Below, piece by piece: positions 25,355 through 40,632 of a stretch of 64,000 nt of DNA. The DNA lies in assembly GCA_951406725.2 (NCBI GenBank), contig OX597815.1, positions 163,370,001 through 163,434,000 of the forward strand, in the 5' to 3' direction. Position numbers and translations under genes: made by a program. Positions within the stretch are counted from its first letter, which is position 1; every line of letters begins with the position of its first letter. Under the pieces are notes generated by a model. It made no database searches, was not told the DNA's origin, and saw nothing but the letters and a program-made list of their open reading frames with translations. The DNA comes from Octopus vulgaris (Eukaryota).

Positions 25355-26255
25355 AATTTTTGGCACACGGTCAGAGGTTTTGAGGGAAGGAACAAGTCAA
25401 TTCCATCGATCCTAGCACTTGACTGTTACGAACTTTATCGACCTTGGAAAGTTGACAACCAAAGTTAACTTCGGTGGATTTGAACTCGGAACGCAAGAAA
25501 TGCTGCACAGCATTTTGTCCAAAGCGCTAACGATTTTGCTAGCTCGCCACTTAATAACTTCTACAATTGGCAGAAGGCCTAAAATTTTATGGGAGGGAAC
25601 TAGTCGGTTACATCGACCTCAGTGCTCAATTGATGCTTATTTTATTTTCTCTGAATGAATGGAAGACAAAGTCGTCCTCGGCGTGGTATGAAGTTAGAAA
25701 GAAAAGCGTCGGAAGAAATACCACCCAACACTTTGTCCGACGCATTAACGATCCTGCCAGCTCGCTGTTTTAAATAATCTTTTCTACTATCGGCACAAGG
25801 GATGGGATAAGTCGAAAATATAGACTAACTTTATCGATCACAAAAGGATGAAATGCAAAGTTAAACTCTGCAGTTTTAAATTCAAAACATCAAGGAAAGA
25901 AGCAGTCTTGCTACGCATTTTGACTGATGCTCTAACGATTATGCCAGCTCACCACCTTTAATAATGTTTTCTGTTTTAGTCACCAGGCCAGAAATTTTAT
26001 AGGAGGAAGTATTAGTCAATATCATTAACATCTGTACTTGACTGGCACTCTATTTTCTCTACCCCGGAGTGATGAAAATCTAAGTTGACCCTGACAAGAA
26101 TATAAAGTGCCGGAAGAAATGTCGATAAACATTTTCCCGACGCTCTCATGGTTTTGTAAATCCATAACCTTAACCAAAATAATAATAAGAAATCTTTGTA
26201 ATTTTGGCACAAGGCCAGTAATTTTGAAGGAACAGGGCATGTCGATTACAAAAAC
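25355..26255 (-). mobile_element. Run of decayed SINE family B copies
   Basis: Four to five consecutive diverged reverse copies (ggcacaaggcc...gtcgat...gccagctc). Confidence 0.65.
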
Positions 26256-28065
26256 CTCGTATACATACACACACACGCACACACATGTATTTATATCAAC
26301 GGTTTATGACTTATATCTATATTATATACAGTTTTTCGAAGGTAAAATGTATACTAGAATGCAATGTTGCTAAGAGGTGATCCTACGTAAATTAGATTGT
26401 TCTTGCTCGGGTCACCTGATCGAGTCAGTAGCTAGACGACTATTAGATTTTGTAGTGACAGTTGCTGAATTGTACGCAACTCTGGTGCAATAATAAGAGT
26501 GTCTGTTGGTCTTATTAGAAATATTAGTGGAATTAAAAGTGTCAGAAAAATTATGAAATAATGCTATTGTTAATAAATATTAGTAGTTTTGTTGATGGTA
26601 GCAGTATGAAAGTTCTTCCTTCTTATTGACGACTATTCTGGGTCATTGCAATATGTGTAGTCTCTTACAGAGAAAAGACGAATGTCTGTCCTCTGGTTGA
26701 ATACTGAGCTTTGTCGAGGATATTCTACGTTATATAGGCCGGGATAGACCTTATCTGAAGTATCTGGCTAAATCGGAAGCGTGCGGCAATTGGTGGAATA
26801 TTTTCTGTTAGCGAAACTGAACTGGTATATGCGCTGAGTAAATCTATTTTTGAAAGTGAATCTAATGTAGATCCTCGGGTGATATGAAAAGGAGGGGAAA
26901 TAACTGCCTCGGTAAGTCAAAATCCCTACAGTGGACAGGTAGATCGATTTTGGAATTTTCAATAGAGACATGGGTAAAAGGCTGTAAAAGTGTACACTTT
27001 TCTGTTCTAGCGTGTGGTACATGAAGCATTGTTGCTTAGACAGGAATAACTAACCTTAATATTGTGTACATTAAAAGGCTTTTAGCATTTATCTACACCA
27101 GGGAAGTGTTGTCTAATTAAGAATAACATTTTTCTGACCATATGCGTAGGACTAACTAGATTAAACGAAGAATAGGCTTTGCACCGTTCTCGACTACCAA
27201 ATTCACCTAAAAGGCATTGGTTTGTCTGAGGCTGTAATGGAAATATTTGTCGAAAATGCTGCTCAGCTACCATCTGGTTGCGAAGCGAACGTTAACCATA
27301 CAACTATGCCTGCACTCATATATATTAAATCATTGAAGTCCTTCAATAGTTGCGGCTGATATCTGAAATAATGCTTATATTTAGATTACAACATAGAGCA
27401 ACAATAATACAAAATAAACAGAAAACAAGAAAAAAAAACCTGCACACATTGCAAAATAAATATTATGATCAGATGCAGAGAAAAAGCAACAAGCGAAAAC
27501 TAATTAGTATAAAACAATGAGAAATCGAGTAAAACAAAACAATAAAATTTTGCTCGTAAAAAATGTTCGTTGAGTCCATTTTATCAAACGATATTTGTTC
27601 TTGTTCATTTTCATATTCATTGAATATAGAATGGTGATAGTTGTAAAATCAGTAAGTCAGATTTCTTGTTAAGTTTGTTTCTGTTTCTGCTTCGCTTCAA
27701 ATGAATCTATTTTTAAGGCTTTGTTAGAAGAGGTGGAATAATACCCATGAAACTTTCAAGGGCTCTACGACTATATTTTACTTGTTTCAGTTATTAGACT
27801 GCGGTCATGCTGGGAAACCACTTTGGAGAGCTTAGTCGAACAAACCGACGCCAGTACTTGTTTCTAATTTAAAGTCTGGTATCATTCGATCGGGTTCCTT
27901 TTACCGAACCGCTGGGTTATGGGGAACACACGCAAACACAAAGACACGCATACATTAAAGTATGTGTATATATATGTGTGTATATATATTTTTTATATAT
28001 ATTATATATGTATGTGCGTATGTTTGTAAATAAATGTAGATAAGTATGTATGTATCTATCTATCC

Positions 28066-28139
<74 letters not shown>

Positions 28140-28775
28140 ATATATATATATATATATATGTTTATATATATGACGGCCTTAATTCAGCTTCCATCTACGA
28201 AATCCACTCACAGGGCTTTGATTGGCCAGGGAATATAGTTGAAAAACTTGCTCAATGTGCCACACAGTGAGATTGGGCCCGTAACCATGTGGTTGGGAAT
28301 GAAGTTTCTTACCACACATCCATGCCTGGAAGGATTACGAAAAACTTTGGTGGCAGGGGTTAAAACGACTGAAGCGACGCCAACTTCCTCCCAGTTTATG
28401 TTAGCACAACAGGTGACCCAAAGAACAAAACACCTAAGAAATCCTCCAACAGCCAAATTTCCTTCAAATATTACTCTTTCGTTGTCCGTGCATGTAGATG
28501 TGTGTTATGGGTATTGCTTGTTCAGAGCTGCTCTGGGACTACACAGCCACGAATAGCTTTTGAGTGGAGGAGGAAGTCTATTACCATCGGTTCCAGTAAT
28601 TGACTCGTATTATTATATCAATCCCGAATATGACTGGTTCAAGATTTATTAATACCGGACAGAAATAAATTCTGTTAAACATTTGTTCGTTTATTTGTTT
28701 CAATCATTAAAACTGCGCTTTATTTCGTCCTCTCAGTACTTACTCTAATGCTCATTTTATTAATAATTTACATTA

Positions 28776-29205
28776 GGGCAGCGAGTTGTCAGAGCCATTA
28801 CCCAGCCAGACAGAGTACTTAGCGGTATTTCGTCCGTCTTTATGTTCTGAGCTCAAATTCTGCAGGAGTCGACTTTGCCTTTTATCCTTTCGGGGTTGAT
28901 CAAATGAGTGCCAGTCAAGTACTGGGGTCGATGTAAATGACTCTCTCTCTCTCCCCTTCTCAAGAACTGCTGGCTCTACACCAAATTTTGAAACCATTAT
29001 TAGAAGGGCCCAACTGGCAGAATATATGTTTAGCGTCATTTCGCCTGGCTCTTTACGTTCGGAGTTCAAATTCCGCCGAGGTCGACCTTTCCTTTCGTCC
29101 TTTCGGGATTGATAAAATAAGTACCAGTCAAGTACTGGAATCGATGTAATCGACTACCCATTCCCCTCAAAAACTTCTGGTCTTGTGCCAAATTTTGAAA
29201 CCGTT
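28776..29205. mobile_element. Two SINE family B copies
   Basis: Both match the family B consensus on the plus strand. Confidence 0.7.
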
Positions 29206-29928
29206 AATCTAAATTTATCAAATGGCTTCTATGTATCAACCTACGTATAAGTGAGATTGCTTTTTTTTAACGTTTGAATACACACCAGTGTACGCAAAAG
29301 ACCGCGCAGCCACCCACACACACATACACACACACATACACACACTCATTCACAAACACAGACAGGTGAGTGAAGAGCTTCAATATAGTCTGTTGAAATT
29401 GGCATAAACAAAACCCAAGTTCACCCCAAATCACACACCATCATCTTAAAATGGAAAGTCATTAGGTTCTTAGTCATCGATACTTCTAAGATGAGGGAAG
29501 CACCTCGGTAAGACTGCCTTTGATCATAGGTTTGCACGGTTAGAGTTGACCTAGGTATATCCTGATCAAAAAATAAATATATTCAATAAAAAGAAACAAG
29601 AATAGAAGAAAGAAACAACACAAACAATAAGAAAGGAAAAGAAAAAAACATTCTGCGTTGTAATAATGGAGAATATGATGAGCAGCGGATAAGGGAGAGA
29701 TTAAGTATGAAAACTGGTGAAAATGAAAGTAGGAGAGAGCAAGAGATTATGTGTGATTTGTATGTGGGTGTGTATTAGTGTTGTGTGCGTGAGAGGGAGA
29801 GAAGAAAAAAAGTAAGAAAAGCACAGAAGGAGAGTGCGAGAGGTAGAGAGAGAGAGAGAGAGAGGAAAAAAGGTGGAGAATAAAACAAAAAATAGACCTT
29901 AGAATGTACATACATACATACAAACACA

Positions 29929-29987
<59 letters not shown>

Positions 29988-30096
29988 GTGTGCTCGCAAG
30001 CTCATACACACACATAAACACACAAACACATGCATCTACCTATGTTTGCACATGTATGTGTTTATGTACATAAGCATACGCATGTAGATATATATG

Positions 30097-30144
<48 letters not shown>

Positions 30145-30522
30145 AGTATTGGTGTATGAATGTATATGCATGTATTTATATATATATATATATGTATATA
30201 TATAAATATATATATATATGTATATATATAAATATATATATATAAATAAATATATATATATATACGTGTATGTGTGTGTCCACACATACATATGCGTATG
30301 TATATACGTACAGACATACACACAACCAATATACACACGTATATATTTACTTATTTATAAAGCGCATATATTATTTATCAGAGACACTTCAAATCTTAGA
30401 ACGCATCCGTATACATACGTACATACATCTACACACGTTCAACTACACATCCTTTACATATACCAAACATATACATAAACGTATGCATATACATACATAC
30501 ATGAGTGTGTATGCGTATGTGT

Positions 30523-30585
<63 letters not shown>

Positions 30586-30796
30586 CTTATCTGTGATATT
30601 GATTTCCGTACCGCTATCAGCTCTCACTCTCCCTTGATGTTAAAGGTGTTACCGATAGAGCTCCTAAAACTACGACTCACCTTCCTCACGTTCACCTCTT
30701 CTGTCGCTCTCGTTTTTCTCTTTAATTATATCTCAAGCCCACATCTTTTACGCGCGCGCGCACTCTCACACACACACATACACATGCACGAACGCC

Positions 30797-30879
<83 letters not shown>

Positions 30880-31008
30880 TTACATACTCATATGTGCACA
30901 TACACCTAGGTATACATCCCGACCAATCTGGCTTTCTTACTTTCACCCTTTCATTTCTCCACCTGTATGATACATATAAGCGTTGATATTTTTACAAGAT
31001 GCTAGATG

Positions 31009-31040
<32 letters not shown>

Positions 31041-31177
31041 CATACATACATACATACATACATACATACATACATACACACATACATGCATACACAACAT
31101 ACAAATACATACATATATACATACAAACACATACATATATGCGCACAAACATGTACGCATACTCACAGTATTAACAT

Positions 31178-31224
<47 letters not shown>

Positions 31225-31564
31225 TAGATAGATAGATAGATGGATATAAACTTATATATATAATGTAATACACATAGATATGTGTATATTCGTATATGTA
31301 CATGCATAAATACATATACATACACACACACACATATATGTATATGTATATATATGTATATATACATATGTATATATATATACGCATATATCTATACGCG
31401 CACGCACGTACACATACATGTTTACATACGCATAACACCTACTAACACCTACACACAGCTGTGTGTGTGTGTTTGTGTGTCACTCTGTGTATGGCTATGT
31501 GAGCGTGTGTCATTAAATATACACAGTCTCTCTCTTTCTCTCTCTTACCTTCTCTCACACACAC

Positions 31565-31634
<70 letters not shown>

Positions 31635-32259
31635 GCATATACATATACTTACATCCTTATATAGACGCCCACGTATGTGACGTCGGCCATTGGCTTGGTT
31701 GGGTGACTGCAGACATCTGTTTGGCAGTTCAATATTTAGTGTTTTCACTGCTATTCGAGTCAGCTAAGACACCATTTTCATATGTCCTTTATCTATCGGC
31801 CGATCTAGCAATCATTTTTCTCTTTCTTCCGCTTCTCTTTTCTCACCTTCCTTTTTTCCTTCCTTCCTTCCTTCATTCATTCGTTCATTCCTTCCTTCCT
31901 TCCTTCCTTCCTAGATTTGTTCATTCGTTCATCCATTGTCTTTTCTTTCTTTCTGCCTTTGTTTCGTTCTTTCCTTTCACAATCTCAGTTTTCGTCTTTG
32001 CTATTAGAAATAAACGTGTTTAAGAGAAAGGAGAGAGACAGTGAGGAGAGATAAAAAGACGGACAGATAAATAGATAGATAGATAGATAGATAGAGAGAG
32101 AGAGTGAAGAGCGAGTGATAGTGAAAAGAGAAAGAGGAAGTGAGAGAGTATGAGAGAAAGCGGTAGGGAAAATAGAGAAGGAGAGAAAGAGACACGGAGG
32201 TTTATATTGTCCCGTGAAAAATCTATTTAGCTATCCACCTATCTGTCTGTCTTTATATG

Positions 32260-32296
<37 letters not shown>

Positions 32297-32597
32297 CACC
32301 GTGATCACCGTGACCGAGCAGGCTATCAAATGTTGCTACACATCGCTGGTCACAATGCGCTTTGCATTGTTTTAGCCTTCAAATGACGCCACCCCGCTGG
32401 CTAAGCGAGCAGGCCAACAGAAGAAAGAGTGAGAGAAAGTTGTGGCGAAGGAGTACAGCAGGGATCGCCACCACCCTCTGCCGTAGCCTCGTGGAGCTTT
32501 AGATGTCTTCGCTCTATAAACGCTCACAACGGCCGGTCTGGGAATCGAAACTGCGATCCTACGCCCGCGAGTCCGCTGCCCTATCCACTGGGCCATA
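32297..32597 (-). mobile_element. tRNA-derived SINE (tRNA-like head tggcccagtggatagggc...gtttcgattcc)
   Basis: A-box and B-box on the minus strand, followed by an unrelated body. Confidence 0.7.
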
Positions 32598-32808
32598 TTC
32601 TTTTATTCTTTTATTTGTTTCAGTCATTTGACTGCGGCCATACTGGAGCACCGCCTTCAGTCGAACAAATCAACACCAGGACTTATTCTTTGTAAGCCTA
32701 GTACTTATGCTATCGTTCTCTTTTGACGAACCGCTAGGTTACGGGTACATAAACACACCAACGTCGGTTGTCAAGCGATAGTGGGGACAAACACAGACAC
32801 ACAAACAC

Positions 32809-32880
<72 letters not shown>

Positions 32881-33027
32881 GATGGGCTTCTTTCAGTTTT
32901 CGTCTGCCAAATCCACTCACAAGGCTTTGCTCGGCCCGAGGCTGTAGTAGAAGACACTTGCCCAAGGTGCCACGCAGTGAGACTGAACCCGGGCCCATGT
33001 GGATGGTAAACAAGCTTCTTACCACAT
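32598..33027 (-). mobile_element. SINE family A
   Basis: Colinear with 366-748. Confidence 0.85.
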
Positions 33028-33954
33028 AATCACGTTTATATATAAATATATATATCACATGTGTGTGTGTGCGTGCGCGCGCGTGTGTGTACCAGTGTAT
33101 ACACTCATAGTGATATGCATATATATATATATCATGTAAGTATATACATATATATACATATATATACACATAAATAATAATATATATGCATACATATATA
33201 TACACATACACATACACACACACACACGCACACACACACACACACACACAAATATATGCGTGCGCGCGCGTATGTCCTTCCGCCAGTCCACTTCCAAACC
33301 TTCATATTTCTTTTGGTTCTTTTTTGGCTTCATTTATGAAAGCATTCAAGCTAACCTATTACATTCCGGAAATTGTAACGCCATCTTTCTAGTTTTGCCG
33401 CGCAACAACCGGGTTAACAAAAACAAAACAGAGAAGCAAGAAAAAAAAACAAAAAAAAAACAACCAACTGTTTAAATGCTCATATTAAGTACCACTATTG
33501 TGATATGGTGGTAATCTATGAAATATGGTGCGCTGCTCTAGAACATTGACTGGATCTTTATATAAAAAAATCTCGGTGTTGCCTTTTATAACTTGAAGAA
33601 TTCACAACCAGCGAGAGAATCTGTATGTGGTCATTCAACTTACTAGAAAGATCGACCAGCTATAACACAAATAATGCTCTGCCGTCTTAATATGTCATCA
33701 ATATTATATTAATGTTCTATTAATAATATTTAGGGTGGCGAGTTTGCAGAATGGTTATTACGCCGCACAAAATGCTTAGTGGCATTTCGTCCGTCTCTAT
33801 AAGTTCTGAATTTATAATTCCGTCGAGGTCGACTTTGCCTTTCAGCCTTTCGAGATCGATAAAATAAGTACCACTTAAACCCTGAGGTCGATGTACTCGA
33901 CTTATCTCTCCCTCGAAATTGCTGGCCTTGTGTCTAAATGTCAAACCAATATTA

Positions 33955-34318
33955 CAGGCATGGCTCGAGTAACACGGGGTTGACCTGTCCGAGATGCGGT
34001 CAGAGCGACGAAACCGTCCTGTACGCACTCGTACAGTGTCCAACCATATCCGACCTGTGGGCCTATGTCGAACGACTGCTATCGCGTGTGGGACGAGTCG
34101 GCTTATCAACCGACTCTATAGTGTATATTGTCGCGCCTCCTTCCTTGAAACGGGAAGGAAGAACCATTTTCATCGTACTTGTGGCTATGACGAAAGAATG
34201 TGTATGGTCGACGCGCCTGAAAGGTCTAGAGACAAACACTTTCCTCTCTGGTCAATCTCTCATCAACTTCTTCAAGTATCACTTGAAGAGGAAGGTGAGA
34301 GTAGAGAGGGAAGTTTTG
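33955..34318 (+). pseudogene. Non-LTR retrotransposon ORF2 C-terminal fragment (zf-RVT-like, L1/Tx1 type)
   Basis: CPRCGQSDETVLYALVQCP..LW matches the CxxC...ETxxHxxxxC pattern (H replaced by Y). Confidence 0.7.
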
Positions 34319-34422
34319 CTGCAAATAGGTGTTTGTTAACACAGTTCTATATTTAAGAGATGAGGAATTATGTGCCTTATTTACATTATTTACATTCCAC
34401 GGATATTTGTCTTCATATTGTT

Positions 34423-34468
34423 AACACAACGTTTCGGCTGATATACCCTCCAGCCTTCTTCAGGTGTC
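34423..34468 (-). ncRNA. Minimal (helix III-less) hammerhead
   Basis: Minus strand: gacac CTGAAGA a ggctg gagggtatat cagcc GAAAC GTT gtgtt. Confidence 0.75.
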
Positions 34469-34514
34469 TTGGGGAAATTTCGAACCTGGTTTCATTCCCA
34501 GGGTATTTTCCGAT

Positions 34515-34855
<341 letters not shown>

Positions 34856-34899
34856 AGAACACCTTAGGAATGGGAATCCAGGTTCGAAATTTCCCCCAA

Positions 34900-34945
34900 G
34901 ACACCTGAAGAAGGCTGGAGGGTATATTAGCCGAAACGTTGTGTT
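34900..34945 (+). ncRNA. Minimal (helix III-less) hammerhead
   Basis: gacac CTGAAGA a ggctg...tagcc GAAAC GTT gtgtt, with an AACGTT palindrome. Confidence 0.75.
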
Positions 34946-35407
34946 AACAACAAACAAGATGAGGAGAAATATCCGTCGAATGTAAATAATGTAAATAATG
35001 TAAATAAAGTATTTGTTAACTTGAGTCTATGATGGTAAAGCAATTTTGCCTAATATATTGTGTAGTAGGATCAAATGTGTCTTACGGTATTTCGTCTGTC
35101 TTTACATCCTGAATTCAAATTCCAGTCGAGGTTGAGTTTGCCTTCCATCCCTTCGGGATTGATAAAACAAGTACAGACAAGTAAAGTACTCGGGGAGAGA
35201 GGCGCAATATAATCGACTGTGTCCTCACTCACGCTAAATTTCGGGCCTTGGACCTGTTTCGAAAAGGATTATTATTTCTCTGAAGCCCACCATTACAACC
35301 ACAACTTAACTACGGTACATACTGTCATCATTGATACACAACTACTAATGGATGAAATTATTATGGCCAAAACCACCACCACCACCACCACCGTTACCAC
35401 CACCACC

Positions 35408-35484
<77 letters not shown>

Positions 35485-36099
35485 AGAATGCTTCGTGTAA
35501 ACGTTTTTCCTTGTTTTTAATTTTCAGTTCTCTCTCTTTTATATTTCTTTAACTATTCCCAATTCTTCCATTGGTGCAGTTTCTTTGAAATATTGTACTG
35601 GTTATATAACAACTGTCTTCCACTTTTTCAATTCGTTTAATCAATCTCTTTTTTTATATTTTTGTTATGTTTTGTCCAATATTTCTTTAGACATTGAAAC
35701 GTTGAAGAATTTCATAACGTCAATCAACTGGTTACCAAGATTATTACTTTCGTTCATAATTCTTTCCTTTTGACTTGCTTTATTTTTTTATCTTTTCAAT
35801 ATTTTTATCCGACTTTCTTTCCTTCGTGTTTTCATCTTTCTATCTCCCACTATTTCGCTCTTCTTTTCACTCTGTCTCCTACCCTACACTCCTCTCTCTC
35901 TCTCCCTCGCTCTCTCATTCGTTACAAACGTTTTTAGCCAGAATTGTATCTCCTCCGCCAAAATATTTTTCATCAGTGATATCATTATGTTTAGAAGAAT
36001 AGCTTGGCATTTTTAATGAGATCTTAAATTTGCTGCAAAGTAGTGCATTTCAAGTTAATTTCGCAAAATGCACTTGTGCCCGCAAGAGTGTTTGGGTAA

Positions 36100-36490
36100 A
36101 CGTACGTGCGTGGTACATATATAACACTGAGCCGCTTCCGAGTTCGAACATCTATCTTATTGAGTTCTTGTAGTGACCCGTTCAGGGGTTCAAACACAGG
36201 CATGAGGACAGGCACTGCAAAGGTGTTGTGGGTAATAAGTTTGCTGTAAGCTGAAATATCTGATGACCATAATCTCTTTACTCTCCTGAGGTATTCATTT
36301 CTGATCTTATTTATGGTTCCATCATATTTGACATCCTCATCTTGTCCGAGGTACCTATAATTGTCACCGGACTGCAGAGATCGTACTGTCAAGCCGTTCA
36401 TTTTTAAGTTATCAGAGAAGGGCACAACTTTTCCATATTTTACTGTCAAAAATACACATTAAGATTCACCAAATTTCATCCCAATATCTG
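36100..36490 (-). pseudogene. Non-LTR retrotransposon RT C-terminal fragment (R4/Dong-like)
   Basis: YRYLG...EYLRRVKRLWSS...SKLITHNTFAVPVL...IDVRTRKRL..IYVPR. Confidence 0.7.
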
Positions 36491-36926
36491 TAAAAATTGG
36501 GTTATATGGTCCAGTTGTATTTTTTATGTGTTTTTTTTGCTTCTTGAGTCCAGTAGAATTTGTTGCTTGTAGGTTTTATTTATTTTTTTTTTGTACTAGC
36601 TAGGGGTCCTTGCTGGATTCGAAGCTTTTTGTCTGCCTTGCGATGGAGACGTATGTGTGTTCTCACATAATTGTGAGAAATTATTTTTTACCTATGGATT
36701 ATTGGCCAGGAGTACCTTTTCGGCCGAAAATTAATTTATTTCTTTGCCTGGATTTGAACTCTCTTCTTCAAAGCTTTCGTTTATTTTTTTTAAAAAAAAA
36801 AGAACTTTTTTTGAACTGTTATTTTTATTTTATTTCTTCCCTTCTGTTGTGTGTTTCCTTCTCCTTTTTTTTTTTGTCTTTCCTCATTTTTCTATTTTTG
36901 AACTATATTTGAACTTTATTTAAAAA

Positions 36927-37700
36927 TGGCGAAGGAATTTCTTGTGCGGGACTTAACACCTTCCAAAAAATTGTTAAAAGAGCTTGAAAAGAAGACAGTG
37001 GTGTTGAGGACTTATTCAAAGTTACTGTGGAAAGAAATTATTGAGAGCTTGGATCTGCGGTTTGCCACCCGGAGTTGAGCCCGAGTGGATAGAGAACTCT
37101 ATCCGCCGTGGTCTGGGTGGTAGCACAGTACCAAGCTGCTTAATGTGAAAGTGTTGCCTGCAGCTGATTGGGAGGGGTCAAAAGCTGTTTTGACCCTATG
37201 GACCCAATCACCCGAAAGTCTGGTCTTTCCAGATTTTTTGAGGATGGCTGGGTCTAGGTATCCGGTGATGCTCGAGGGACGCCCCTCCCAAGTGTCACCT
37301 GTGCCTGGAGACCGGCCACATTAAGAAAAACTGCCCCAAGGACCAAAATAGGATCCGGGAGCAGTTAATAGTGGAATCTCTCCCTGCTCCCTCAATGGAG
37401 GGAGAGAAGGAGGATGATGACGAGGAAGTTTCTACATCCTCGAAAAAACGAAAACGAGGGCTGCGGGAGAAAAGGAGGACCTGTTGCGTGCGTCACAGGA
37501 ACCTCACCCTCTCGCGGCCCAAGGGAAAAAGAAAAAAAGAAAGAATAAAAACGGGACATCGCCGGCGGTTTGTGACACGCTGCCGGCGTGTCCCAATTCT
37601 CCTCCGGCGGGTGTGCCGCTGGAGGATGAATATGTGGTCCTCTTCCACAAAGGAGGAACCATAGAAAACGAAGTAAAGAAAATGGAAAGGAAGGGCTGAT
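36927..37700 (+). pseudogene. Decayed non-LTR (Tx1/L1-like) ORF1 with gag-type zinc knuckle
   Basis: 37293-37334 encodes CHLCLETGHIKKNC (CX2CX4HX4C). The region is GC-richer and frameshifted. Confidence 0.6.
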
Positions 37701-38864
37701 TGAGAGGGACTTCTGTCCTGCACGGAGGATCCTGAGTGGCCTTCGCAGGTGGTTGCGGAGGTCCTATGGGATAGTGATCTGTGCAGGGTCATGAATTTCT
37801 TCCCGGAGGACTCCTATAAATTTATACCTGTGTGGTCCGGCCTGGAACTGGGTGCATGCTTTAATGAAACAAGGATACTGGTCGGCCGGATAACCTGAAG
37901 GAGTCTAGAAAATGTGAAACATGTGACTTTTTGTGTGTTTTTCTGAACATTGTGTTATTTAATTAAGAGGTTTATTGCCTCATTGTGTTTTGGGGGGAAA
38001 AGGAAAAAAGAACATTGTTTTAGAGAAGCGAAAGTCGGCGGGCGCTTTTCGACTTCTCCCATCATCATCATTTTTGCATCACCATCATTCATACCATTAA
38101 TGTCCATGTCCAGCCCGCAAAGCTTCCATCTGTGTAATGCCCTTGTGGCAAATTATATGAAATAAAGAAGCTTGCTTCCAGCGCATGCGTCGGTCTGTTC
38201 ACTGTGTTGATTTTTGACGAGTCGAACGGGATTGTTTGAGTTGCTTGGCAGCGGTTGTCAGTGAGCGTTATACCGGTATTCAGACCTTAGCGAGTATGAG
38301 CTGTCCTCAGCGGAGGAAGAACTCGTTAAAGCGGTAAATAGAATGGACGAGCATTTGGAAAGAGTAAAGAGTATTGCTGAGGCTGCAGAGGTGAAAAAAA
38401 GAAAGGTTGACTTAGGACTCAGAGGTGGCGAGTGGTGTTACTTAGTATGGGGTGAGTAACACACTTTTCATATTCTCATTTTCAAGATATCCTTCATGTT
38501 ATCATAACTTTAAAATTTTGATTTTATTTTTTCATGTTCATTTTCAAATGTCATTCATAGTATCATATATTATTTTTATATATTTTTAATTGTTATATGT
38601 CCCTACATATTTTGTAGTGTCCCGTCTATGTTATGCCTTTATGACAACACTTTGAAATACAGAAGCGTGCCTCCCAAACATATGGTACTGGGTTCAGTCC
38701 CCCTGCGTGGAGCCTTTGGGAAGTATCTTCTACTATAGCTCAGAACTGACGTTAGTGGATTTAGCAGACGTAAACTTGAAGAAACCTTTTACACACACTC
38801 ACACACACACACACACACTCATACACACACACACACACACACACTCATACACACACACTCATAT

Positions 38865-38929
<65 letters not shown>

Positions 38930-39787
38930 ACAGGCTTCTTTCAGTTTGGTCGGCCAGAGGCTGTAGTAGAAGAGCCTTGCCCAAGGTGCCATGCAGTGGG
39001 ACCGAACCCGGAACCATGTGGTTGGTAAGCAAGCTACTTTCCACACAGCAACTCCTGCGCCTATATATATAAATATATATATATAAATATATATATAAAG
39101 AGAGAGAGAGAGAAAGAGAAAGAGAAAGAGAGAGAGTGAGAGAGGCTGACAGATGAACAGACACAGAGACAGATTCACATATATGATGTGGTGAAACGAA
39201 AGAGAAATTTGGGAAGGTTAGAAGAGAAGGTGATAGTTGTGTAATCATTGATCGCTGTAAACTTCGGAGAAATAAAGACCTGCCAAAACCAAGTCCGTGT
39301 TCCGGTTACAAAAAAGCCAATGGCTTATATTTTAATTCGGCTGAATACAACACATAGAGTAAATGGCAAATCAATACATACAACATAAGGATTGGCAGCC
39401 AAACACAGATACACACAAACACATATGCATGCACACTCAAAGACACATACGTGGATTGCTCACCAATGCTCGCGTGCGCGTGTATTTATACATACACACA
39501 CACATACGCACACACACACACACACATATATATATATGTATATGCATGTATGTGTGCAATGTACGTGGGTGTTCTGTATGTCTTGCTGGTCTATTCTGGA
39601 GTCATTGATAAGAGACCGGAGTATATTATGATATCCAATTATTATTTTCAGTCACTGCTTATTACTCAGCAGCCCTTCCTTGCCTCCGAATGCGCATGTG
39701 CAGCAAAAGTACAAATAAGGATGTTGCTGCTTTTTGTAATACCATCAAGCTGAATTGCAACTGAAATACATTCGCACACACGCATGC

Positions 39788-39887
<100 letters not shown>

Positions 39888-39915
39888 GCGTATAAAAGAG
39901 TAAAAGAGTAAAAGA

Positions 39916-39966
<51 letters not shown>

Positions 39967-40412
39967 TATGCACATGCACATGCGAACACACACATATACA
40001 CACGCCCACACATACACACACGTATGTATATATCAGAGCAATATAGTTTACATGAAGTTAGCCCATAATACCTTTTCTCGGAAGATTTCCTGAATAAGAG
40101 GTCCTAGTCTCGAAATATTAAAATACAAACCATCGACTTATATTAATTCTTATAATGCCTTGTTTTGTCTAAAAAATTACAAACGTTTACATATTCTTTT
40201 ATTCTTTTACTTGCTTCAGTCATTTGAATACAGCCATGCTGGAGCACAGACTTAAAGGGTTCTTACGACGGGTTTCTTTCAGTTTCCGTCTACCACTTCC
40301 AGTCACAAGGCTTTAGTCGGCCTGAGGCTATAGTAGAAGAAACTTGCCCAAGCTGCCATGCAGTAGGACTGAAGCCGGAATCATGTAGTTTGGAGGTAAC
40401 CATATTACCACA

Positions 40413-40632
40413 CGGCAGAAACGTTAGCACGCCGGGCGAAATGCGCAGCCGTATTTCGTCTGCCGTTACATTCTGAGTTAAAATTCCGCCGAGGTCGACT
40501 CTGCCTTTTATCCCTTCGGGGTCGATAAATTAAGTACCAGTTACGCACTGGGGTCGATGTAATCGACTTAATCCCTTTGTCTGTCCTTGTTTGTCCCCTC
40601 GGCGCTTAGCCCCTTGTGGGTAGTAAAGAAAT
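40413..40632 (+). mobile_element. SINE family B
   Basis: Consensus match. An opposite-strand copy lies at 41138-41331. Confidence 0.85.

Noticed and set aside
26370-27210. Possible decayed RT on the minus strand
   Set aside because: Only one vague motif (LLKIPK) is present and there is no sustained frame.
40088-40122. CTGAATA a gag...ctc GAAA tatt as a minimal HHR
   Set aside because: G8 is missing and stem I is not convincing.
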